From positions 1 to 16,145 of the forward strand of contig CAZPWM010000074.1 in assembly GCA_964590575.1 (NCBI GenBank): a DNA stretch of 16,145 bases, read 5' to 3'. Each line of letters starts with the position of its first letter. The stretch's first letter is position 1. The translations under genes were made by a program, and so were the position numbers. Under the pieces are notes generated by a model. The model had not been told where the DNA came from and did not search any database. It worked only from the letters and a program-made list of their open reading frames with translations. Shown here in pieces: positions 1 to 8,474 of the stretch. This stretch comes from an uncultured archaeon. Its GTDB lineage: Archaea > Asgardarchaeota > Thorarchaeia > Thorarchaeales > Thorarchaeaceae.

Positions 1-123
1 CAAGGAGTACCAGGACTTCCTCTAGATCCACTTATTCTAATTCTCATCGGAGCAGGAGTTGTAATCGTTATTGTAATCTTGGTAATCCTCTCGAAGAAGA
101 AGGGAGGCGGCAAGAAGAAGTAG
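1..123 (+). CDS. 3' end of a gene (partial): C-terminal membrane anchor of a probable cell-surface/secreted protein
   Basis: My frame +1 translation is QGVPGLPLDPLILILIGAGVVIVIVILVILSKKKGGGKKK, stop TAG at 121-123. It has a hydrophobic TM helix and a polybasic tail, followed by a terminator-like hairpin. Not in the ORF track because it is truncated. Confidence 0.85.
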   Translation, partial: QGVPGLPLDPLILILIGAGVVIVIVILVILSKKKGGGKKK

Positions 124-143
124 TTCATAATATTCCAATGAAT

Positions 144-179
144 ACTTGGGTGGGTCCTCCCACTCAAGTCCTTTTTTTT
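144..179 (+). terminator. Hairpin + T-tract terminator
   Basis: ACTTGGGTGGG (144-154), loop TCCT, CCCACTCAAGT (159-169): 11 bp with one G-U pair, then T8 at 172-179. Lies between convergent genes. Confidence 0.75.
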
Positions 180-188
180 GTTAATCAA

Positions 189-1070
189 TCAGAGACCCCG
201 TAAGTAACTAGGTCTCAGTTTGCTTATGTCCTCACTATTGAGAGTATCAGACAGTACCTTTAGGATTATCTCTTTGTCAACATTCAGAGTGCCTCCAATG
301 GGGAGATAGTTAGAAGCGTGATTCGTCCTGAAGACACAATTTGATAGTTCAAGCCCTTCAACTAAAATCTTGAGCTCGTTCAGTATCTCCATTGGACGCA
401 TTGGTACAAACTCCGCTGACTTAACCATCTCGTCGATCCTTGTTCCTGGTGGAGTCATAAGGGTGAGAGCTCCTACATATTCCGGGTCTATCTCGTTGAG
501 GACTTTAGCTGTTGCTTGAGCGTGGCGAACGGAGTTTTCAAGTCCTCCTAGTCCAAGTATGATTGTGAGCGATAGTGGTATTCCTGCATCTCGAATCTTC
601 TTACACGCTTTGATGTTCTCTTCTGAATCAACACCTTTTCGAGACCATCGTAGTAAATCATCATCTCCCGTTTCCAATCCTAGGTATACGATACCGAGTC
701 CGGCATCCTTGATTTTTATCAGATCATCAACACTCTTATCTCGAACATCCTTTGCATAACCATAGACGCCAACTCTCTCCAAGTTTGGTAACTCAGGTTT
801 GAGTACATACAAAGTTTCAATGAGCTCATTTGTAGGGATTGCTAGTGCATTGCCATCTGCTAAGAAGACTCTACGAACTTTCTGTTTGTATGAATCAGGA
901 AGGGATTCTAGATCAGACTGAACTCCATTCGCACCTCGTATTCTGTATTGTTTCTGTTTGTATGAAACACAAAAGATGCAAGCGTTATGGGAGCATCCGA
1001 CTGTAGCTTGGAGGATGAGACTTCTTGCCTCACTTGGAGGTCTCCATATACTTCCTTCATATTTGAGCAT
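189..1070 (-). CDS. Radical SAM protein (RPPSE...GCSHNxCxFC family), substrate unknown
   Basis: CSHNACIFC cluster motif (CX4CX2C variant), FLADGNAL, YLGLETGDD, and C-terminal FRTNHASNYL, all typical of this widespread uncharacterised radical SAM group. Confidence 0.9.
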   Translation of the reverse strand: MLKYEGSIWRPPSEARSLILQATVGCSHNACIFCVSYKQKQYRIRGANGVQSDLESLPDSYKQKVRRVFLADGNALAIPTNELIETLYVLKPELPNLERVGVYGYAKDVRDKSVDDLIKIKDAGLGIVYLGLETGDDDLLRWSRKGVDSEENIKACKKIRDAGIPLSLTIILGLGGLENSVRHAQATAKVLNEIDPEYVGALTLMTPPGTRIDEMVKSAEFVPMRPMEILNELKILVEGLELSNCVFRTNHASNYLPIGGTLNVDKEIILKVLSDTLNSEDISKLRPSYLRGL

Positions 1071-1143
1071 TGAACATCACAAACAATTTGAGTAAATGGA
1101 TGCCGCCTCATCTTCTTTTGGGTGTATCCTATTGAGATACTCA

Positions 1144-2655
1144 TTATCCAAAAAGTGCTGAATATTTTGTATCCAAGTATTCGATGAACGGGTCTGCTGT
1201 TAATGACTTGCCAGTAATCTCTATAATCATTTCTGATGGGTCAAGTAAATTCGACTTTCTATGGACATTCTCAACAAGCCATTGAACTGGAATTGAGATG
1301 TTTCCCTCAGCAACATGCGTTTTCCACTCGGGAATATCAGCAGTCATTTTTTCCCGTATCATTGCAGCATAGAGATTTCCTAGAGTATATGTGGGAAAAT
1401 ACCCCCAGTATGCCCATGCCCAATGTACATCCTGAAGAGCTCCTTCAGTGTCTGTTTCTATATCCACTCCAAGATATCGCCTATACTTTTCATTCCAGAT
1501 TTCTGGAATATCTGAGACATCAATTTTACCATCAAACAAATCCTTCTCAATCTCAAATCGGATAATGATATGGAGGGCGTAAGTCATTTCATCCGCTAGT
1601 ACCCGAATCTTCGATGGTTCTACGAGATTAATCGCTTGGAGTAACTCCTGCTGAGATATGTCTTTGAATATTCCATTTGTGTGTTCAATAAAACGCGGAT
1701 AATAAAACTCCCAGAACTCTGGAGACCTCCCAATTATATTCTCCACAAATCTGCTTTGTGATTCACTGATACCGGAACCACAGCTTTTTCCAAGTTTCAT
1801 CCATTTCCATTCTGGATTTTGATTTTGATTGTGGATAGCATGTCCTGTTTCGTGTAGCCCTCCAAACATAGCTCTGAAAACATCATCCTCTGAATATTGG
1901 ATTGTGAACCTGACATCATCATAATATCCTGTTGTGAACGGATGCTCCGATTCGTCAATCCGGCCTCCGGCATTTTCAGAAGTTGTATCATAACCCATGA
2001 CTCTTGCCAAATCTGTTACTATTTTTCTTTGAATACTAGTAGGAACTTTGCGCTTCTTGAAATCAGTACGCACATTTTCACATATTGCACCATACTTCTT
2101 GACAAGGGGTATCAAACGCTTTCTTAAATCGAGAAAAACTTCGGAAATAGACTCTGTGGTCATTCTGGGCTCCCAATCATCCATAAACGCATCCAACTGA
2201 CATTTCGCTCCAATACCCTCCTTTATTTTCTCTGCAACATTCTTAGAGATATCAAGTAGTGTTATCAATTCAGATTCGAAAAGTTTCCAATTGTTGGTTT
2301 CTTTTGCTCGTTTCCAAGCTGTAGTAGCCACCGTTTGTTATATCGAATATATAGAATCGAGATCCTCAGGAATTTTCGAGAATTGGTCCAATTCTCTTCT
2401 GGTTAACTCAACTTCTCTTCTCTGAACTATATCTAAATTGTCACTTTCTTTCTCGAGTTTGGAAACAAGTCGTTCTAGTTTCTCATCTGTGACCATACGG
2501 TGATACAACTTGCTCATAAGTGCTAATTGCTCAGAACGCTGTTTGATCCCCTTTGGAGGTATATGCGTATAGAGATCCCATTGAATGATTCCACGCCCTG
2601 TCTGGAATTGAATCATTTCCTTTGTAATCTCCAACAGTCTTTCGTAAGACTCCAT
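1144..2655 (-). pseudogene. M32 (Taq-type) metallocarboxypeptidase paralog interrupted by one in-frame TAA at 2338-2340
   Basis: Track ORFs 2338..2739 and 1144..2331 are in the same frame: ...GAG GAT CTC GAT TCT ATA TAT TCG ATA TAA CAA ACG GTG GCT... Joined from ATG 2655 (GGGAG ~10 nt upstream) they give 503 codons colinear with 5040..6563. Motifs HPF, DVRFT, HETGH, IRVLAD, GALQDVHW and YFPTY are present. Confidence 0.85.
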
Positions 2656-2800
2656 GAAATTATACTCCCGAGCTCTGATGCTCTTACATCCCATTAGTTG
2701 GACGTCATGGATAGTAATGACTGTTGTGGAACTTCCCATGCCACTTCAATAAGGCCATAAGGATGATATCAACAAAAATGGAAACTGAGGTCTCGTTTCA

Positions 2801-3589
2801 GTGATTGACCATAATGTAGCAATTGAAAAATCAGAAACTATCAAACAATACTTTCATCAGCTCCTGAAGTCATCAGGAGAAGAAGGAGACATTGGTTTCA
2901 CGAGTTTCAAGACTATCTTTGATGATTTAATGCCTATCCAGCAAGAGAAACTCAGAGCAATCACAGGAGACCAATTTAATTCCCTATTGCATGAAGGATC
3001 AATGATCAGTATAGGAATTGCCTATAGAGATCCTATCATGAGCTACATTGATTCTCAATGTGAAGGAGAAATTGATTATTATCTTTGGAATAAGTATGCG
3101 CTAGAATACAATCGGCTCAATCAGATTCTTAATCAGATGTCAAAGAAGATTGCTGAACGATTTGATGGCATCCCACTTACTGCAACTATTGGCGGAGTAG
3201 ATGACAAGGTTAACCATGTAAAGGATTATTTTGGTATGGTCATTTCCCACCGAGTTGTTGCGGAAAATGCAGGAATAGGATGGAGAGGAAAGAATCAACT
3301 AATTATCCATGACAAGTATAGTTGCGCGATAAGATTTACAACTATCATAGTCCCATTCCCACTGAGCTGGAGCAAGAAGGCTGAATCAAGATGTAGCGAA
3401 TGTAGTGCTTGTGAAGATGTCTGTGGCTTTATTAAATATCGAGATCTACTTCCAGATTATAGAGAGAATTGTCGGCGATACATCCTGTTTCTAAAATCAA
3501 AAGGAATTAAGAAAGACATTTGTGGCAAGTGCATCAAAGCTTGCTACCAGAGCAGCATCTTCCAGGATATCTTCTCACTTCCTGCTTGA
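2801..3589 (+). CDS. QueG / reductive-dehalogenase-like 2x[4Fe-4S] protein (epoxyqueuosine reductase-like)
   Basis: SHRVVAENAGIGWRGKNQLII motif, then CSECSACEDVC...C...CGKCIKAC (8 Cys in the QueG arrangement). Confidence 0.8.
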   Translation: MIDHNVAIEKSETIKQYFHQLLKSSGEEGDIGFTSFKTIFDDLMPIQQEKLRAITGDQFNSLLHEGSMISIGIAYRDPIMSYIDSQCEGEIDYYLWNKYALEYNRLNQILNQMSKKIAERFDGIPLTATIGGVDDKVNHVKDYFGMVISHRVVAENAGIGWRGKNQLIIHDKYSCAIRFTTIIVPFPLSWSKKAESRCSECSACEDVCGFIKYRDLLPDYRENCRRYILFLKSKGIKKDICGKCIKACYQSSIFQDIFSLPA

Positions 3590-3659
3590 CCGAGTTGCAA
3601 GATTAATAACCTTTCAAGAGTATGTTTTCCTAGACAGATAGTTCTTCAAATCGAGCACT

Positions 3660-4415
3660 TTGGGAATCATGGTTGGAGGCATTAAAACGATTAATACACT
3701 AGGTTCGATAGTTCTAGCTCTTGGGAATTCTCCAATCACTAGACTTGGTATGAAATTCTGGCAAGAGCTTGAAGATCTACTAGGTCCAATCTTGGGCCCT
3801 ATCGTTCGAGGGTTCTTTGAACCTATTTACAGAACCTTAGAGAATCCTGTTTTCAGAACTCAGTTATTATCAGCTATCATCTGGACTGCTATGATTGTTG
3901 GCGGACTTGTATTTGTGGCTTATGAAGCACCCAGTTTCTTAAGTTGGATTATGGGTGGTCAAACTTCACCAGTAAGAAAACAAGTTACATCCCAAACTAA
4001 TCAAACCAGAGCTCACCGACAATCAGTAGAGCGACGAACTGAATCCCAGTCTAGAGTGGATGAGGAGCGAGGTCGAAAACAAGCATTTGTAGATGCATCC
4101 GGAGTCAAGGTTCAGTCCAAGGTCAAACAACAGCGAGAAGAATTTATTCTGACTGTCCATGTGAATAATGGAAGTGACCATCCGATAGAGATGGTGGTTG
4201 TAGACCTCGACCTACCAGCTGATATTGATACAGCAACTGGCTCTTTCAGGATGCAGAGATTAGGATCAATCGCATCTGGCCAGACGGAGGTTGCAGAATT
4301 TAGACTTCGAGATCGTGGCGGAGATGTTACAGCAGTTAGAGGATACATTGAATTCCTTGGTGCGTCATATGAAATATCTAAGATCTCATTACCAGCACCT
4401 GTGATTGAAGAGTGA
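3660..4415 (+). CDS. Hypothetical membrane-anchored protein with C-terminal Ig-like beta-sandwich domain
   Basis: One TM segment (LLSAIIWTAMIVGGLVFVAY), a polar/charged linker, then a beta-rich domain (LTVHVNNGS...VDLDLP...LGSIASGQTEVAEFRL). The start is uncertain and may be the later ATG of MKFWQE. Confidence 0.7.
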   Translation: MGIMVGGIKTINTLGSIVLALGNSPITRLGMKFWQELEDLLGPILGPIVRGFFEPIYRTLENPVFRTQLLSAIIWTAMIVGGLVFVAYEAPSFLSWIMGGQTSPVRKQVTSQTNQTRAHRQSVERRTESQSRVDEERGRKQAFVDASGVKVQSKVKQQREEFILTVHVNNGSDHPIEMVVVDLDLPADIDTATGSFRMQRLGSIASGQTEVAEFRLRDRGGDVTAVRGYIEFLGASYEISKISLPAPVIEE

Positions 4416-4422
4416 AGATCAA

Positions 4423-4938
4423 CTAATACATATCGTAGCCAGATGATGCAAGTCTTTGCTGCTCGCTATCGCCACCACGTAGCATTGCAGTACCTTTCAT
4501 GTATTCCTTGTATTCGTTCCCAAATCGCGAGAGCATCGATTGATCTTCAAAACGTGCTAAGATGTACCAAATGGCAACGAACACAGCAATGGCTGGGATA
4601 AGAATAAGGGATCTGAAGAAGCATACGTAAGCCAGATTCATATAGATGATTGCCGCGGAAATCGGTTGTCGTATTTTGGCATAGATTCCCTTGTTAGGGA
4701 ATTCGATCATATCCATAGGCTTCATTCGTGTCTGTTTAAATTGATGTGCGTTAGATAGGTATCGTACGAATTTCAAGGTGAAATAACACCCAATCAATAC
4801 GAAAATGTAGTCCCATAGTTCCGCTGTTGATCTCATATACCCTAAACCAAACCATAATAGGCCTGTAAAATTAATGATTGCCAATGAAGGTCGTATGATG
4901 TTATACGATCCTGTGTTTTCTGAAATTTCTGAGGCCAT
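4423..4938 (-). CDS. ICMT/PEMT (Ste14-like) integral membrane methyltransferase family protein, divergent
   Basis: Several TM helices. GIYAKIRQP resembles G(P/I)YxxxRHP, and EDQSMLSRFGNEYKEY resembles EExxLxxxFGxxYxxY. Confidence 0.75.
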   Translation of the reverse strand: MASEISENTGSYNIIRPSLAIINFTGLLWFGLGYMRSTAELWDYIFVLIGCYFTLKFVRYLSNAHQFKQTRMKPMDMIEFPNKGIYAKIRQPISAAIIYMNLAYVCFFRSLILIPAIAVFVAIWYILARFEDQSMLSRFGNEYKEYMKGTAMLRGGDSEQQRLASSGYDMY

Positions 4939-4992
4939 CTTTCGCTATTACCCTCATATCTTACTTATTCCTGAACATAGATAACTCTTAGC

Positions 4993-5031
4993 AAAAAAAG
5001 GAGAAATCGGGTGCATATGCATGAACACCCG
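4993..5031 (-). terminator. Hairpin + T-tract terminator of the intact M32 gene
   Basis: CGGGTG (5008-5013) ... CACCCG (5026-5031) with inner CAT/ATG pairing. A7 at 4993-4999 gives a U-tract on the minus strand just after the stop at 5040. Confidence 0.6.
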
Positions 5032-5039
5032 GAAGTAAA

Positions 5040-6563
5040 TTAGAAACCAAATAGCGTCGAGTACTTGTTTTCTACATATCTAAGGAACGGATCAGCAGTA
5101 AGTTTCGTCCCAGTCACCTTTTCCATTAAATCAGCTGGGTCATACATTGCTGACTGAATGTGTACTTTCTCTTTCATCCAATTAACAATGGGTATAATCT
5201 CTCCATTAGCAATTCTGCTCAACCAATCAGGCATATCTTTTTGCATCTTGTCGAGCAACATCCCATCGTAGATATTGCCTAGTGCGTAGCTGGGGAAATA
5301 ACCAAAGTATCCACTAGCCCAGTGTGTATCTTGTAGGACACCATTGGCATCGTCAGGGACATCAATTCCAAGATATTCGCTGTATCTCTCATTCCACACC
5401 TGTGGCAATTCGGACACAGTAATCTTGTCTGAGAATAGGTCTCGCTCTATCTCAAATCGAACGATTATGTGTAAAGAATATGTGACCTCATCAGCCTCTA
5501 TACGGATGAGGGAAGGCTTAACCAGATTCATAGCTTTGATGAATGTAGCGTCATCAACGCCTGGGAATGTACCCCCTGTGAACTCCTTCAGTTTGGGCAA
5601 ATAGAATTCGAGGAATTCTGGCGAGCGACCAATCATGTTCTCAATGAATCTAGATTGAGACTCATGGACTCCAAATGAAGCATTTGTACCAATTGGAGTG
5701 TATTTCCATTCAGGATTCAGATTTTGCTCATAGAGAGCATGACCAGCTTCATGGAGAATGGCATAGATAGCAGAGGACACATTGTCTTCATGATATTTGA
5801 CAGTGATTCTCACATCATCGTAATATCCTGTGGTGAATGGGTGTTCTACCTCGTCTATCCGACCTCCTGCTTGATCAGTTACTGTGTCATAACCAACCAT
5901 AGTTGCTAAGTCTGTGGCAATCTTTCTCTGAATATCAATAGACACTGTTTTACTCAGGAATGATGAATCGAAATCCTTGGAAGCATCTGCACATTTCTTG
6001 GTGAGAGGTACTAGTCTGTCCCGTAGTTCGCTGAAGACCTTGGTGATTTGCTTAGATGTAATTCCTCTCTCAAACTCATCAAGCATGCTATCATATAGGA
6101 TAGGAATACCCTTTACCTTCATCTCAATCTCTGCGCGTTCTCTCATCAAGTCAACTGTCTTCTGCAATTCAGGTTCAAATTTCTTCCAATCATTAGCCGC
6201 TTTCGCTTTCTTCCATGTTTCCAAACTAATCGGTTTTTGCTTTCCAATTCTAGCAACGAGGTCTTCTGGAATCTTGGTCTCCTTATCATATTCTCGACGC
6301 ACGATGAAGACATTTCGATTTTGGACTTTACTTAATGTCTTGGACTTCTCTTCTGATTTGGTAAGTAGTTTACCAATTTCAGGATCTGTACCCATTCTAT
6401 GCAGTATCTGTTGTAGAATTGCCATCTGTTCGCTACGTAAAATCAACCCTTTTGGAGGCATGTGCGTTTCATAATCCCATTGGACTACTCCTGCCACACT
6501 ACCAAGGAGAATATATTCTTTCATTCTGTTCATGAGATTGTCATACGCTTCCATATTTGACAC
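5040..6563 (-). CDS. M32 thermostable carboxypeptidase (Taq/PfuCP-type), intact
   Basis: HPF, DVRIT, HEAGH (HEXXH), HESQ, IRIEAD, GVLQDTHW and YFPSY motifs are all canonical. The true start may be ATG 6554 (GGGTG upstream). Confidence 0.95.
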   Translation of the reverse strand: MSNMEAYDNLMNRMKEYILLGSVAGVVQWDYETHMPPKGLILRSEQMAILQQILHRMGTDPEIGKLLTKSEEKSKTLSKVQNRNVFIVRREYDKETKIPEDLVARIGKQKPISLETWKKAKAANDWKKFEPELQKTVDLMRERAEIEMKVKGIPILYDSMLDEFERGITSKQITKVFSELRDRLVPLTKKCADASKDFDSSFLSKTVSIDIQRKIATDLATMVGYDTVTDQAGGRIDEVEHPFTTGYYDDVRITVKYHEDNVSSAIYAILHEAGHALYEQNLNPEWKYTPIGTNASFGVHESQSRFIENMIGRSPEFLEFYLPKLKEFTGGTFPGVDDATFIKAMNLVKPSLIRIEADEVTYSLHIIVRFEIERDLFSDKITVSELPQVWNERYSEYLGIDVPDDANGVLQDTHWASGYFGYFPSYALGNIYDGMLLDKMQKDMPDWLSRIANGEIIPIVNWMKEKVHIQSAMYDPADLMEKVTGTKLTADPFLRYVENKYSTLFGF

Positions 6564-6607
6564 CCTAAATTATGAAAACAACCAATCTATTGCTCGAATC
6601 TTCCTCG

Positions 6608-7543
6608 TTATTTCTGTTCCGGACTGACGGTTTTTGTCCTGAGTGGATAATTAATGATGATTATTCCAATCACTACCAAAAGTAAGCCTATTCCATATGT
6701 CCAGTAAAGTGTATCCTGCAAGAGCAAATATGAGAAGACAGTTCCGAAGACTGGTACAAGATTGATGAATCCCCCAGCTCTAGTGGCACCAATTTCCTTT
6801 ATGCTTATAAAATAAAATAGGAAACCAATGAATGTGACACAAATTCCAAGATAAAGTGCAATGACCCAAAATATAGGATCAACCATCGCAGGAAGTGACC
6901 AGACTTCTTCAGTCAATGCCCCCATTCCAAACAGAATGGTTCCTATCATTGAACCTCCTGTGGTGACCTCAAGAGGAGAGTGTGTTTTCATTGCTTCTTT
7001 GCCTATGGAAGAATAGAGCCCCCATGTAAACATTGCTGCAAGAATAATCAGATTCCCAACTAAATAATCTATATTGAAATCGAGGAGAGCTTGAACTCCG
7101 ACTACGAAGATCACTCCTAGGAAAGCCAGCAGGAACCCAGAGTACTGCCAGCTTTTCCCTAACCGTTCTTTGTGATAGATGTGAGCAACTAAACTAACAG
7201 TTGCAGGATTAAACCCTGCAATAATCGCTCCTTGTGTAGCAGTTGTAAAACGCATGCCCGTTAGGAAGAGGACACCATACCCAAAAATACCGGTCAGACC
7301 CACCAGGAATAATATCTTGAAATTAGACCTTCGAAAAATACGTCTTGGTTCAGACTCTGTTGCAAAAAGAAGGATAAGAAAAAGAATGCTAGCTGTTAGG
7401 AATCTGAAGAATCCTATAGTCATTGGTGGTGCTATCCCAACGATGATCTTTGCAGAAGGCCAACTACCACCCCAGAATGCCATGACCACCACAAGCATGA
7501 AGTAATATCTGAGCGGGTTTTTTGTTGATTCTGCAGTCATCAA
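6608..7543 (-). CDS. EamA/DMT superfamily transporter (10 TM, two EamA repeats)
   Basis: FWGGSWPSAK, FFRF, second repeat WGLYSSIGK, IGATRAGGFINLVPVF. Confidence 0.92.
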   Translation of the reverse strand: MMTAESTKNPLRYYFMLVVVMAFWGGSWPSAKIIVGIAPPMTIGFFRFLTASILFLILLFATESEPRRIFRRSNFKILFLVGLTGIFGYGVLFLTGMRFTTATQGAIIAGFNPATVSLVAHIYHKERLGKSWQYSGFLLAFLGVIFVVGVQALLDFNIDYLVGNLIILAAMFTWGLYSSIGKEAMKTHSPLEVTTGGSMIGTILFGMGALTEEVWSLPAMVDPIFWVIALYLGICVTFIGFLFYFISIKEIGATRAGGFINLVPVFGTVFSYLLLQDTLYWTYGIGLLLVVIGIIIINYPLRTKTVSPEQK

Positions 7544-7617
7544 ATGCTCCCAGTCATAGCGACTGAGTCGTAGATATAAACAGACCTGAATCGGTAAGAT
7601 ACTGAGTTCCGAGGTTC

Positions 7618-7884
7618 CTATCGAAATTGATTTTCTTTCAATTGATTCTTCGATTCTTTGTCAACAGAGTATACACAATAACAAACTCCGCAAAAACCAA
7701 CAACCATAGTAATGATGGCAATCTCAGCACCCCAAGTATAGTCAGTTCCTATTCGGTTTCGATTAAACCAGAAGTATGCAAAAATAATGATGAGCACGGG
7801 TATGAGATTCATTACCCTGTTGGACAAGCACCTACCATCTTCTTCATCTGCTGCTAACCAATCATTACCTGCAGAGTGAGCCAT
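7618..7884 (-). CDS. Small hypothetical 2-TM membrane protein
   Basis: 88 aa, two hydrophobic segments, Cys cluster FCGVCYC. Fills the gap on the same strand as the EamA gene. Confidence 0.6.
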   Translation of the reverse strand: MAHSAGNDWLAADEEDGRCLSNRVMNLIPVLIIIFAYFWFNRNRIGTDYTWGAEIAIITMVVGFCGVCYCVYSVDKESKNQLKENQFR

Positions 7885-7962
7885 CTTTCTTCACTAGAGA
7901 TTTTCTTATTTTATGGTTATCAGTTTATAGTAAGGACGCGCTTCGGTTGTGCATGTCAATTA

Positions 7963-8005
7963 CACAAACGTTTTAAGACAATACAACACAAAACGCACAA
8001 ACGTT
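7963..8005. promoter_or_regulatory. Direct-repeat putative regulator sites around the thioredoxin promoter
   Basis: CACAAACGTT at 7963-7972 and 7996-8005, plus CACAAAACG at 7987-7995. They flank a TTTTAA TATA-like box at 7971-7976. Confidence 0.4.
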
Positions 8006-8017
8006 AGAGGTGTTCCC

Positions 8018-8464
8018 GTGCTGAATGACGACGAACTGGAAGAGATCCGACGTAGAAAGATGCAGATTCTTATGGAACGAGCTCAACAACCCCAAATCTT
8101 GGAACCAATGGCAAATGGCCAAGTCAATTTATTGACTGATGCAAACTTTTGGATAACTATTCAGCAGACCAAATTAGCGTTCGTCGACTTTTTCGGAGAG
8201 TGGTGCAACCCTTGCAAGGCACTTGCTCCAATATTCACAGAATTGGCTCAAGACTATAAAGGGAAGGTGTACTTTGCTAAGATCGACATTGACCGAAACA
8301 GACGAGCTACATCTCAATTCGGTGTTCAATCAGTCCCTATGGTCATAGCCTTCAAAGATGGAAAACCCCTTGGGAAATTGCCAGGTCTCCGACCTTATGC
8401 TGACTACGATTCTATTCTTGAGCAGATGGTTGGTAAGGGCCCGGATGAAAGTAGCCACGTCTAG
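8018..8464 (+). CDS. trxA: Thioredoxin with archaeal N-terminal DDELEEIRRRK extension
   Basis: VDFFGEWCNPCK active site, FAKIDID, FGVQSVP cis-Pro loop. Start re-called to GTG 8018 (GAGGTG RBS just upstream) instead of 7949. Confidence 0.92.
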   Translation: MLNDDELEEIRRRKMQILMERAQQPQILEPMANGQVNLLTDANFWITIQQTKLAFVDFFGEWCNPCKALAPIFTELAQDYKGKVYFAKIDIDRNRRATSQFGVQSVPMVIAFKDGKPLGKLPGLRPYADYDSILEQMVGKGPDESSHV

Positions 8465-8474
8465 AATAGAGTGC

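Noticed and set aside
189-1070. CX4CX2C spacing in the radical SAM enzyme as a novelty
   Set aside because: This spacing is the norm for the RPPSE/CSHNxCxFC family and is not specific to this gene.
2338-2340. Alternative genetic code (TAA = Gln) or a programmed frameshift
   Set aside because: TAA ends several other genes at their expected C-termini, and both fragments are in the same frame.
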